From: Spirogloea muscicola
Lineage: Eukaryota
Length of the DNA stretch: 64,000 nucleotides
Reading direction: 5' to 3'
NCBI GenBank assembly: GCA_009602725.1
Contig: WELB01000016.1
Span: 14,192-78,191 of the forward strand
Position numbers and translations under genes: made by a program. The notes under the pieces are model-generated. The model had not been told where the DNA came from. It saw only the letters and a program-made list of their open reading frames with translations, and did no database searches. Positions 27,166-39,459 of the stretch are shown in pieces (position 1 is the first letter of the stretch; each line of letters starts with the position of its first letter).

Positions 27166-27979
27166 CTGAATACCTTTACTGGACACTGATAAGCCCACCT
27201 TGACCGTCCTCAAAGGGTGGCGGTCACGCACATACATGCAAACTGCTCTGCGAGCTTGGGTGGAAAGTTCAGGACTGTCTTTATTATTGGTCATTGACCC
27301 ACTTAATATTTGTTCATCCCCGTGATTAGACACCCTCTCTACTTAATCTTTGCACCTCCTGTGTTTACGCTTATAAAGCCAGGCTTCACCAGCCTTGATG
27401 GCTGAACAGAGGCACCTGCCTTGTTCCTAAGATGGTGGTGGAATAAACCTGTTACAGAATGCCGATCTTGTGAGAGGTGATGTGATGATGGCCAAGTCTT
27501 GTGTCTATGCCTTCGAGAGGTGATATGACGGCTCAGTTAGGGCAAGTCTTGCACTTCTTCTTCTGATTGCCCTGCTGTCGAATTGCCCTGAAACCTTGCA
27601 GGCTAGCCTGTAGCACTTCGTAAGCTGGGCAGCCCTTGCTTGAACCAATAGACTGGTCATATCTTAGCTGATGCCTCGAGCTTCTGCCGTTTGCTTTTGT
27701 TCCATAGCCCAGTCTCTGACATTTAGGTGCTGTAGTGAGGTTGCTGAGCTCGCGTGCTCTCCTGGTCGCTGTCGCTTAGTCTTCTGCATCAGCCTCCTTT
27801 GAAGATGCCGACCTGCCTGAGCAGTTCTCTTGGGCTGGCCCTTCTCTGCTCGAGCTCCTCGAGGGCATCCAGCCTGACTTCGCTGACACAAGAGACCATG
27901 GTAACGTCTTTTCTATTTTTGTTGGCTGCTTGCGTCACTCCGACTCGGCAGAGCTCTTGCAGGAGTAGCTGGTGGCCGT

Positions 27980-28745
27980 GAAAGGCGAGCCCAGAAGATG
28001 GACAAGGTCAAGGGGAAAGCTTCAACACGACAGCGCAATTCAGTCAACAAAATAACGGGTACTGCTGATACAGTAAATCCTGATCGACAGCCAAAATGTC
28101 GGCTATACTCAGCGGCAGGAAGCGAGTCGGCCGGCAGAAAGCCAGCTGCAGCCACGGCAGGGTCAGCAAGCAGACGCAGGCAAAAGGCTGGTGTTGCTGT
28201 AGAAAAGCGGAGGGGGCACAAATGATACACCACAGCCGGCGGAACAGCTCTTCCGATTACGGACAATGGCTGAGAAGGCCAGCCCACAGGGATGAACAAG
28301 GTCTGAAAGGAAAGCGCGGCCCTTGACTGGTGGCTGGGATAGGGAAAAGCGCGCCCATAGAAAAGAGGGGCTGGCCAAGCCAGCCCAAAAAACAACACAA
28401 TGTCCATGGAGAGGCCAGCCCAAAGAAATGAACTGAAAGGGCCGGAAAGGCGCCAACAACGCGAGACTGCTCTCCGAGGTTTTTGCTAATGGAACTCATT
28501 AATCTCTTGATAACAAACATCTCTTCTCTTCTTCTAAAGTACGGCGATGGCTGTGAAAGAGAGGAGAAGGCGCAAGGGATGCGAGAAGAACGTGCTGTGA
28601 AAAGCCAGCCCGATAGTCATTTAGTAGGTCCGCAGGGGTCCGAAAGCAGCTGTGAGAGGCCAGCCCCAGAGGGAAAGAGAGAGAAAGAGACCTCGTCCAT
28701 TCCTTTGGGCTGGCCAGCCACCAGTTAATCTGGCCGCGCTGGCTT
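27980..28745. repeat. cluster of hairpin-module / retroelement 3'UTR fragments in both orientations
   Basis: GGGCTGG/CCAGCCC variants near 28272, 28349-28386, 28410, 28595, 28650 (minus) and 28707 (plus). CCACCAGTTAATCTGGCCGCGC matches 22637-22657. Confidence 0.7.
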
Positions 28746-28868
28746 CAAAAGAGAGGAGGAACGAAAAGGGCAAAAGATGAGACGAATGAACAGGGTTTGG
28801 TTATCAGGGAGCAGCTCCCGCCGTCGCCCGCGAGGCCGGGGCGCGCCGCGCCGCGCGTCGGCGCGGGG

Positions 28869-31631
28869 ATGCGGCTGTTCGTGCCGCTGGCGGAGGCGTT
28901 CGACGGCCGGCTGGGCCTCGCGCTCGGCTCCGCCATCCCCTTCCTCATCGCCTACGCGCTCCAGGCCCGCGGCCGCCGCGCCACCTCGCGCCGCGCCGTC
29001 CACGCTGCCGCCGCCTCCTCCGCCTCCGCCGCCGCCGACGGCGATGGCGCCGGCGCCGCGTACGTCCGCTGCCTCTGCGGGACCTCTGCGCGCCTGCGGC
29101 CCTAGACGACTCTGTGCTTCAGCTGAGCCGCCACCAGTCTGCGTGTCTGCCGTCTGATGGCGGCCTTCCTCTGGTTTCGGGCGGCTGCCAGCAGACGACC
29201 GGACGAGGAGGCTGGCCAACGCCCCATCGCTAACGGATTCCCGGCGCACGACGATAGGAGCAATGGCCTCGCCCCTGCAGCCACAGGGAAAGAGCCGGGC
29301 TCCGCACTGGACAGCCACTCCGCTGGTTGGAAGGAGGTGGAGTGTAACAATTACGACGCGGAAAGCAACCCGGACGGCTGCATCCAGCTCGGCATCGCTG
29401 ACAACAAGGTACTACTTACACTCCGATCACAGTACGATCGTCACTGAGAAGATGATAATAGTTGTGCATCTCATGCTTCTCATGTGCTGAGACGTGTGAC
29501 CTTTGGTAGCTTGAGTAAGTGTGGACTGCAGAATGAGGCAGGCTGGGAGGTTGAGGAGGACTCAGCCTGCTGCCGATGTGCGAGGCAGAAAGGGCTGCTG
29601 GCTGCAATGACACTGCTGTCACTCCTCCCAGGTGTCGCTGGACTTGATTGAGAGCCGGTTGCTTGGTCCGTCCTCTGCCTCCGCCTGGGCTGCTGGGAAA
29701 GGCTGCATGAATCTAGCAGAGATGGCCAGCTATCCATCTGACTCTTTTCGCGGTTCGGCAACGTTTCGCAAGGTGAAATTTTTTCTTTTGCGCATACTTG
29801 CTCACTGATGAATCACAATCGTCACTTACTAGCAGACATTTGTTATTAGTTTATTTATTTACATTAGGTTCACATAGGTCGTTGATATCAGTTGCAAGAC
29901 AAGATCCCAGTATTGCTGCATACTCCATGTATGTATGAATGGCAGCTCCAGGAGTGAGGCAAATGCTAGTCCATCATATACGTCCGGTTGACAGAGTCAC
30001 AATACTGAGTCCAGTAGTGGTTGCTGTCCTGTAGGCCTTGGCCACCTTGCTTATGACCGTTGCAGAAGATAGATTCGATGTTGATCCAGAACACATTGTT
30101 GCGGCTTCAGGAGCATCAGCCATCCTTGAGGTCCTAGCCTTTATCCTCGGGCCTTCACCCACTGACGCATTCCTCGTTCCTGCACCCTATTACACCGGGT
30201 GCAGCTTTGCACCTTCTCATTTCAAAGAGTGCTTGCTGATATTCCGTGCAAAGGGTGCCCAACTTCTTGCCGTGCATGACCAAGCCCCTTTTGAACCACC
30301 CGCAGAGTGCGCCCATTGAGTCTATTTTATAGTGCCTCCAGGATAGATTGTGCAATAAGAAATAGCACAGGTTGCAATGCAATGACAGACCTGAGGGTCG
30401 AGCCCTTCTGTGCTTCAGTGCCTTTTAAATACATCATGAGTTGGAAGCTACGTTTCTCTACGTCTTTTATGGATTCCCTCAGCTAGGTTCTTTGTTCACA
30501 CTGCAGATTTGATCTTGATGTGGCTGGGAGGTCAGGAGTGAAACTTGTTCCAGCCTTCCTGCAAAGTGCTGATGGCTTTTGCATCACACAGCGAAGCCTT
30601 GAAGAGGCTTACAGGACAGCCAGGTGGAATGGCTCCACAGTGAAGGCCATTGCTGTGACGTCTCCAGCAAACCCGATTGGAAGGATGCTGACAGCAGGTG
30701 AGATGTCAACTCACGTATAGGCTTACTGCTGTATAGGCCTACTGCTGTACTGATCTGTTTCACCTGAAGCAGTCACAATGTGATACTGCAAGTCTGACAC
30801 ACCCACTGTTTTCGTAGATGAGCTCCAAACTCTCCTTAACTTTGCCGAGGACAGGGGACTTCACATCATCTCAGATGAAATATATGCAGGTATGAAGCAG
30901 GTAGCAGAATATGTGAAATCACTATGGATAGAGCCATCTGCTGCAAAATAGTTGCAAATTTAGTTGGTGTGAGCATGAGCATGACATCCTTTCAACGAAA
31001 CCGTCTGTACTGAGACAAGCTCATGACTTGTGCAGGCTCTTGTTTTGGCAAGCCCAGCTTTACAAGTGCAGCAGAGTTGGTGCCACCTGAACACCCTCAT
31101 GCGCAGCATGTGCACATTGTCTATGGTCTTTCTAAGGATCTAGGCCTCCCTGGTTTCCGGGTCGGCGTCCTCTACAGCCGCAACAAGGAGGTGCTTGCTC
31201 GAGCAGCCAAGATGACAAGATTTTGCGCCGTTTCTTCTCCTTGTCAAGCCCTGCTTGCACCCCTTCTCCAGGACCAGACATATTGGAAAAGTTACTTGAA
31301 GGAGTACCATCAGCGACTGTCGGCGCGCTACCAAATCGTTGTTGAGGCCCTCAACAAGCTGGAAGTGGGTTACGTGGAGGCCAATGCAGGATTCTTCATC
31401 TTTGTCAATCTAAGACCATTCCTTGTGACAAGTGATCAGGCTGGTGAGGAGGCCTTTTTCGAGCGTTTACTCTATGATCTAGGCCTCTTCTTGAATCCCG
31501 GAGGGGCCTGGCATTGCAATGAGCCAGGTTGGTTCAGGCTGTGTTTTGCTGCTGTAGATGAGGCAACTCTCAAAGTTGCCATGCGCAGGCTGCAACAGCT
31601 TGTGGCGCACAGTAATGGCAGGCGCCGGTAG
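28869..31631 (+). CDS. PLP-dependent aminotransferase, ACC-synthase-like (ACS10/ACS12 clade)
   Basis: N-terminus MRLFVPLAEAFDGRLGLALGSAIPF resembles that of ACS10/12. Also NPDGCIQLGIADNK, LVPAPYYTGFD, SPANPIG, IISDEIYAGS, PLP-lysine motif GLSKDLGLPGFRVG and PG...HCNEPGWFRLCF. Confidence 0.9.
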
Positions 31632-32930
31632 TGTGTGGGTTGTGTAGTTGCAGCTACCGCTGCTGTTAGGCATGTTTGGTCCTGCCAGAGGCCAGTGTTG
31701 AGGTCATTGTGTACTACTATCATGTTTACTTGGGCAGCTGAATAGTGCTGTACCGAATATAATATGCCATGTGTGGCTGTTGTAAGTCGACAGCTGAGAA
31801 AGAGGTGCGTAGATTAGAGTCCTCGGCAATCAACGTTTATGCAGAGGTTTCTTGATGATACCGATTGCACTGGCCATCTTGATCGTGATGGTGCTGCAAT
31901 GATCAAATCAGTTCTCTGGTTGATTGTAGCCCTTCGGCAAACTGGTGGCTAACGAGTATTGGCCGCGCACCTATATCCACCATCACGGCAGCTGGCCTTG
32001 CCGATGTACTGCAGTAGCCACTTTCACAACTACACTGGTATTGTTGATCATCAAAAGCGCAGCCAGTTGTGTAATCTTCGCCGTAGGAGGTCTGCATTGG
32101 GCGATACAGTTGTCTGGAAGGCTGAGTGCTGTTATAGCGATCATTTAGTCAGCAGAATTTGCACTTGCACACCAATGGCATCACCTACACCACGTTTGGT
32201 TATCGATTGAGTCATTTTGCTCAAACACGCCAATGTCTCTCAGTGCAAGGACTGAAGGAGCGTCCATATTTGCTAGAAGTGCACCACTCGACACTGCAGG
32301 AGTGGAAAGTGCCAGTGCTTTGACATTGACTTTTGGAACCACACAATGAGGTGGTTCATTGATTGGGACATCTTTCACCCGGAAACTCGCTGGGTATTTC
32401 AAAGTGCCTGACTTGCCGTCAACTCGCAACTCACTCTACCGCACTTCAGCAGATTACAAGTGACTTCAGAATGATGCGTTGCCAAATCCATCAGCAACAA
32501 GCTCATAATGGTCAACAGGCTCTCGTATCTATATTCTGATTCATGTACCGTTTACCACCTACTACCTGACTAGCCTTACTTCTCACTTCCACCACTAATC
32601 TGATTCCGCTTTGCCGGCCACGTTGAGTCTGACACTTCACAATTCTTATTCCTCTACGTCACACGGCAGCCAATACCATATGGCGCGACACCCTCTCGGA
32701 GAAAGGGAGAAGGCGCGCGGTGCGCATGAAACGGAGGGGACGCCTCTCGGAGAAGCGCTTGCCCCCCAACCCCGCCGAGGCCCGCCAAGGAGCCGCAGCC
32801 GTCAGGCGGCGCCGTTAGGGCGGCCGGCGCGAGACAAGACCTCGCTAAACCCTGCCCCCCCCTTGAACCCCCGACCTCCGTGCCTTGACTGCGGCGGCTG
32901 CAGCGGCGGCGGCGGCGGCGGCGGCGGGCA

Positions 32931-34140
32931 ATGGCGCGCGCGGTGCGGGCGCCGNGGCCAAGAACGGCGGCGCCTTCCCGGCGCACGACAAGGCGGCGGC
33001 GCCCGAGGCCCCCGCGCCGCGCGCGCCGCGCTTCTACCCCGCGGACGACGTGCCCGCGCCCAAGCGCCGCAGCCTCGTCCGCCGCCCCACCAAGCTCCGG
33101 TGAGGGAGCCCCGCTTTGCCTCCCGAGCCCCGCCATGGACGTTAAGATAATGAGACCGCCCCAGCAACTGCGAGCCGTCTCCGCCCCCACCGCTTGTCGC
33201 TGCGGGATTGCCTTTTGCTGACGGCCGCCCCCGTTGCCCTCTGGCGGCGGTCGTGGCAGGTCGAGCATCACGCCGGGCACGGTGCTCATCCTGCTGGCCG
33301 GCCACTTCAAGGGCAAGCGCGTCGTCTTCCTCAAGCAGCTCGACTCGGGCCTCCTCCTCGTCACAGGTGCTCCCGCCAGGCCCCTACCTCGTCCTCAGAG
33401 ACCGCTCAAACTGCCGCAATCTGGCACTTCGCGCACTCCAGCCGCTCTGCATAGCCCCGCCTGCTCGGAAGCTCTGCACTGCTGGCTCTCCTGCGGCAGG
33501 TCCCCACAAACCACAGTCATGTAGGAGCGAGCTTGCCAGCCCCCTGCAAGACGGCATCAAGCGGCGAATTCCAACATTGACTGGGTCGATTTTGCTCATC
33601 CACTTCCACTTGCAGGTCCCTTCAACGTGAATGGCGTGCCGCTGAGGCGCGTGAACCAGGCTTATGTCATCGGGACGTCTACAAAGACCGACATATCCGG
33701 CATCGACCTCAGCAAGTACAGCGATGCCTACTTCAAGAGACCGGAAACCAAGAAGCAGAAAGGCGAGAGCGAGTTCTTTGACTCTGAGAAGGAGGTGAGC
33801 GGCTGCAGCAGCCAGCGGCAGTGACCGCCAGCTCGGCGTCCTTTTAGGTGCACGATGGTTTTCTGAGCTGCATGGGGCTTGAGGCTGGGCTGCGCCAACA
33901 ACAATGTTCCTGTCAAGATTGTCAGGAGTCCACTAGTGGTGCACTTACATATCCAGTGTGCTGTTGCCGTGTACTCCCTGACAGGAGAAGAAGCAGGTGT
34001 CAGAAGAGAGGAAAGCGGACCAGAAGGAGATTGACAGCGCCCTTGCAGCTGTTGTTGAGAAGACCGCTGATCTCAAGGCATACTTGGGCGCGCGGTTTAG
34101 CCTGCGGAGCGGGCAGAAGCCCCATGAGCTAGTCTTCTGA
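32931..34140 (+). CDS. RPL6: 60S ribosomal protein L6 (eL6)
   Basis: AKNGGAFP...[52 protein letters not shown] and [19 protein letters not shown]. The N at 32955 interrupts exon 1. Confidence 0.97.
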
Positions 34141-34643
34141 GCTCTTTGTTTTTTGACTCCATTGTCTGCACAGTCCGTGTTCCCAGGCTCAACAGACATA
34201 GGGTGCTTGTGCCGTATTCATTGTTGGTTCATATCTGCCCCTTCATGTGCAAGTTGCGATCTGCTCAGTGCGCCCTTCTTGTGGGTCACACAGCCACTAC
34301 TAGACAGCCTGAGTCAAGCTTGGGGTTCATTATTCGTCCAATCAGCTGCTGCCTGTGGTGGCGCAAAGTGGAGCCCGCAGATAGGGTAAAAACAACGCTT
34401 TCAGTGGGGCCAAGCATATGTTACTGCTCTTGCAGTCGTGTGGCTGGACCTATCAGCGGTTGCAGCTTGCCTTGACCGTGCTCAAGTTGCTTTCACCCAT
34501 ACAGCGCATAGATTTGACCAACAAACAGACCTACAATAATTGGCTCCAAATTATAGGAAGCATAAATAACAACCTCATACCCTGCATCTGCAGGTTGAAG
34601 CGGGTTGAGGAGGCAGGCTATGAGTGTGCTCAGCCACAGCCTG

Positions 34644-36010
34644 TCACTGTCTGCCCTGAGCTGACTTTGCTGACTGCGACTGCAAAGCCTGGCTGCTGTT
34701 GACGCGAGTGTTCAGCTCGCCCTGTGCCTCGTCAATTTGGACAGTGGATGGCTCAGGCCTTGGCCTCAAGACCGGCCCCAAGCCCTTGGAGCGCACCCTT
34801 GCCATGACAGCTAGTTGCTTCTCCCTGATCACAAGCTCCAACTGCCAGCAGCAAAGCAGCAGCCATCATGAGTACTGTGGTCACGCCTGTGCTTGAGACA
34901 ACTGAGATGGCTAGGCACGCAAATGCATATCCCCTGTGCAGAGACGCAAACTCACAGATGCGACAGAGGAGCTCGGAAAATCTGCTCTCACATCAAGGAG
35001 GCTCTGCATCTCCGCCGCCTTGCCAAGCGCTGCAGAGGCTGCAATAATCGACTCCTCGGCTCGTTTCTGCACACAATGCAATCCCGGGACAAAGACGGGT
35101 CAGGTATCGTGTTCTGCCTAGGAAGTAGTAGTGAGCACACGAATAGCGACAAGCTGCACCTGCTCAGGCGTGGATGCAGTGCTCGCAAATGAGGCAGTAG
35201 TGAAGCAGCAGGGTGGACAATGGGCTCGACAGACGGTTGCGAAAGAGCCAACTACTCACCCTGTGGAACTCATACAGGTCTCTCCACTTGCGGATCTCCT
35301 CCAGGTGCTGCTGCCGCAGCTCGCTGATTCTCCCCGTGTGCTGCTGCGATGGCGAGTGCAGGTTGGAACTGAACAGCGTCCTCCTGCGGGTTACATGCAA
35401 AGCATCCAGAGATTGGCTTGACTGAGGATGCCGTAATGGGGAGATCGAGCACGTCGAGGGCATGGGCTGGGGGAGGGGCACAAGCGCTGTCTTGGCCGGC
35501 AAGAAGCGGAGCGGCTGCACGCTGCAGTGCGGCAATGAAGCGGGCCGGCGACGTTGCCGACGTGCCAAATGAGCGCTGACCCGATTGCGGGCTCCAGGCC
35601 GGAAGCGGCGCCGTCCAGGGGGTAATAGTCGAGGCCGTCGCTCGCCAGCGGCTGCTGGCCCAGGATGACGTACGGCAGCCGCCAGCCTGCGCACACCGCG
35701 CGGCCCGCTCAGATAACGGCGGCGGCGGCGGTGGCGGCATCACGGCAAGCGTTCGGCCAGGCACAGAAGCGCCGCAGGATGGGCCACGATGTGCCGTCGC
35801 CGGCGGCGGCGGCGGCGGCGGGGGGGGCGCACCGGCGGTGGCGAGGCACCAGGCGCCGCGGAGGGCGCCGTGGAGGAGGTAGTGGCGCTGGCCGTCGATG
35901 CGGACGCCCAGGAAGCCGAGCCAGGCGCCCAGCAGGCCGCCAGCGCCGGCGCACAGCAGGCTGTTGGGCAGAATCACCAGCTGCGTCGCCACCTCCTCCG
36001 TGCTGGACAT
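34644..36010 (-). CDS. protein of unknown function (~230 aa; N-terminal hydrophobic segment, C-terminal coiled-coil-like region)
   Basis: Five phase-consistent GT-AG exons: MSSTEEVATQLVIL...LATAG / WRLPYV...EPAIG / RTLFSS...YEFHR / KRAEESII...LLD / LELVIREKQLAVMARVRSKGLG...GRQ*. The ATG is preceded by a (GGC)n tract. Confidence 0.6.
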
Positions 36011-36523
36011 GGCCCCGCCGCCGCCGCCGCCGCCGCCGCCGCCTCCGTTGCCGGGGCGGGTGCCACGTGTCGTCGGGCCTGAGAGAGAGGCGGGGCGGCC
36101 GCCGGGGCGCAGCAGCTCGAGTGGGGGGCGCGGGGCTCCCACCGGGACGGCCCCGTCTCGCCGGAGCTCCGCCCACCACCCGCTAACTTTTCGCTAGCGC
36201 GCCCCGGGGGAAAAGCCCCTTTCTACCCTATTTATTCCACGTGTAAGGAAATCACTGTCCACTCCGAGGCAACCGTGGCTTCATCCGGGACAGGGCCTCT
36301 TTCCAGCTCTCACACTATCGACGACTTGACGGCAGACCTCGGCAGCCCGATAAGTGCCCCCACCCCCCCCATGCACCGGCGGCACCCCGTAGGCCGCCAC
36401 GTGGCCTGCCCGTGCTGACGCGGACCCCGCGATTCCCGCCGCCGCCCCCGCCACTGCCGCCGCCGGCCGCCGCCGCCGCCGCCGCCGAGGCTTGGCAGGG
36501 CGCCGCGCTCGACTGCGGCGGCC

Positions 36524-36914
36524 ATGGCCCACCGCAGCAGCGCGGGAGAGAACGGCGGCCTNCCTGCCGACTCGCCCGCGCTGTCTGCGCCGCTAGCGGG
36601 ACCGCGCAGCGTGGCAGGCGACGGCGGACGCCGCCGCCGGCGGCGGCGGCGGCGGCGGCGGCGACTACGCGCGCCTGTCCAAGTGGCCCAACCCGCCGGA
36701 CCGCGCGAACCCGGACCCGGTGGCGCTGGCGGAGCAGTGGCGGTATGCAACGCGGCTGTACGCACGCTTCTACGCCCGCGCCTGGGGCGCCGCCGTGCTC
36801 GGCGCCTCCGCCTGCTTCGCGCTGGGCTACTACCTCAAGGGCGGCAACCCCGTCACCGCCGCCGCCAGGAGGGCCTCCTCCGACGGGCCCCTCGGCCGTG
36901 GCGGCGGCGGCTGA
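36524..36914 (+). CDS. small single-pass membrane protein (resembles an uncharacterised plant family with 'EQWR.A.R.Y...Y..AWG.A.L.G..FF.LG...KG.NP')
   Basis: The exon from the acceptor at 36617 reads ...DYARLSKWPNPPDRANPDPVALAEQWRYATRLYARFYARAWGAAVLGASACFALGYYLKGGNP. Putative exon 1 MAHRSSAGENGG is cut by the N at 36562. Family recognised from memory only. Confidence 0.65.
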
Positions 36915-37454
36915 CATGCCGCGGCCCTCTGCCAAAGCTGTGGCGACCACAGCCGCCGTGCCTTCTTGCCCTGCGCCTCCTCTGGGCAGCCAAGCCGTGG
37001 TCAGTGGTTGCGTAGTTTCTCCCGTCTCCAAAGAGCAGCTACGTGTCTGCCGCTGCCTCCTGCGCCTACGGAGCCACAGCGCTCTCGGCGTCGGCAGACT
37101 CGTGCCTGCTCATCGTACCTGCCCGGGCTGCCTGTCTGCCTCAGGGCTTGAGGCCGACGGGCTCACCAGCTTCCTGCAGGCCTGCAGGATACCCCTTGCT
37201 AGTCGTTGCAATACCAATGAGCACTGAGCGAGGCTCGTCAATTTTGCCCGCCAATCAGGCATCTGTACAGTGTTACGATGGACGAATCCGCCGGTACCGC
37301 ATCAAGGAGCACGAGCGAGTCCACGCCTCGTGCATGTCCGGTCACTGTTCCTTGACCTACTTGGCCAACTCGCAGGCTCTGTTGCCGCCAAGGCACGAGC
37401 AAGTGCTTGTGCAGGGCGAAACTGCTCCATGGAGCGCACTCCGAGTGGTGCGCA

Positions 37455-38963
37455 TCAGCAACTGCAGCTGCTGCTGGGTGTGACCGCACCGGCCGTTGGC
37501 CGGAGCAAGTTGACCGCGGGAGCGCTCTCTGCGACAAGGCTGGGCATCTCAAGGATCTGCACATGCTCCGCAATCAAATTGAGCAGCATGGCCTGGGTCA
37601 GAAATCATATGAAATATCGCACAATCACTGCTGGCTGAGCACTGACTCAGGCCACCCGCACGACACACTTGTCTATGTGACTGGGCGATGGTCCAGCTCA
37701 CCTTCTGAACGAGCTCCTCAAAGCACTGCGCCACATTGTCCCGTGTCTTGGCACTGCACTCGAGGAAAAGGCAGCCGTGCTGCCGCGCAAATGCCACACC
37801 CTCCTGCCGCGTCACCATACGCTCTGACTCCTGCAATGATCCCCACCGTGTGTGGCTAAGCAACCCCTGCTGCTGGTGGGTGCAGCTGAACATGTGGCAT
37901 GAACCTCTTTCACCACAGACCACCACCGGAAGCTGAAGCATAGATGGAGTAAGCAAGTGTGCAGCTGGCGGGGCCTACCCGGTCGACCTTGTTGCCAACA
38001 AGCATCTTGATGCAGTCAGCGTTGGTCGAGTACAAGTCGATCTCCTTGAGCCACACCTCCGAGAGGTCGATGAATGTTTCCCGCCTAGTGACGTCATACA
38101 CTGCACGCACAACCACACTCTCTGGGCCAGTTGGGACACTAGCATGCTGATGGCCGACCAATTGTGACTCCCCCAATATGAAGGCGAGCAGCGGGGCCAG
38201 CAGTCTGCCAAAGTGGGACATGTGACTTGCTGCTCACCGAGTATGATGCCCTGTGCTCCACGATAATAGGACCCGGTGAGGGTCCGGAAGCGCTCCTGGC
38301 CAGCTGGGCACACCACACGAGTCTCACGCCCTTGTCAGGCTCACACTCCAATTGGCATCCTTCATAGACTGAGGCAAAGCCGAGGCGCATGGAAAAGATT
38401 TGTGCCATGCTTGCTGGCACTTCTGCCATGTCAAGGACATCGCAGCAATAGGCTGGGCAGCAAACGCTCTGGGCTTGCTTAGCAGCAGACTGAGCGTACC
38501 TGTGTCCCAGACCGTGAGCTTGAGCCGCTTGCCACCAATGGTCATCATTTTGAGCTTGAAATCAACACCTGCGGTAATTAAGCTTAGCTCTGATCTCAGC
38601 CTTGGGGGGGGGCAGAGGCCTTGCCCCAGCGGCAGCAGGGCGCGCGGTGGAGAGGGGCCGGGCATACCAATTGTGGGCGCAAGGTCGTCAAAAACGTCTG
38701 CCGTGAATCGCAACAGCAGGCTGCTCTTGCCCACGCCTGCGCAGCCGCCGCCACACAAACCCTCCCTACTGCAGTCAGGCAGCTTGTCCTGGTCGCCATG
38801 CCGCAAGCTGGGGGTAGTAGGGTGGAAGTGGAAGCGAAAGGGGGGGGCAGAGGCGCCAACCCGAGTCGCCGATCAGGAGGAGCTTAAAGAGATGGTCGAA
38901 CTCGGGCGGCTTGGGGCCCGCCGCTGCCGCTGCTGCCGCAGGCGGGGCCGGCTTTGCCGCCAT
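37455..38963 (-). CDS. RAB18: Rab18 / RabC small GTPase
   Basis: [58 protein letters not shown] and a C-terminal CSC prenylation motif. Confidence 0.95.
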
Positions 38964-39459
38964 CGGGATATCGCGGGATATCGCTCGTCCGGCCCCTCCG
39001 CGCCGCTGCCGGCCTTGCTGCTCCTGCGCTGTTTGCGAACTTCAAACTCTGTCTCGCCCACAACCCCACCTTGTTTTTCTTCCTCCCCTCCTTCCTGCGA
39101 GCCGCGGCGCTGGGCGGGCGCCCGAGCGGAGCGGCCCCCTGAAGACGTGGAGACGATGACGAACGGCTTCCTCAGCTTGTGCCGTGCGTGAGCCTTGGCG
39201 CTGCGGCAGCCCGCCGGGAGCGCTCCGTCGCGCCGGGTGGCGCGGCGTCAGTCAGTCCCAGGCCCCCGCGCGCACGCCCTGCCGCGGCAACTTGCGGCGG
39301 GCAGCTCCCGGGCTCCCCGAGTATGCGGCTGCTGATATCATAATTGCGGCTGTCAATGCCAGCCATGTGCAGACATAGGGTGTCCCTAAAATAATTTTGT
39401 GTATTTGAAACAAGTTCATAAGTACATCGGCGGAGCCGCAGGCTGAATTGGAGAGGTAA

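Noticed and set aside
27770..27905. Exon-like stretch (FEDADLPEQFSWAGPSLLELLEGIQPDF) ending at a GT donor
   Set aside because: Isolated, with no partner exons or recognisable homology.
31903..32429. Minus-strand ORFs, one Cys-rich (CAFDDQQYQCSCESGYC)
   Set aside because: No consistent splice chain, start context or recognisable domain; may be a decayed gene fragment but unsupported.
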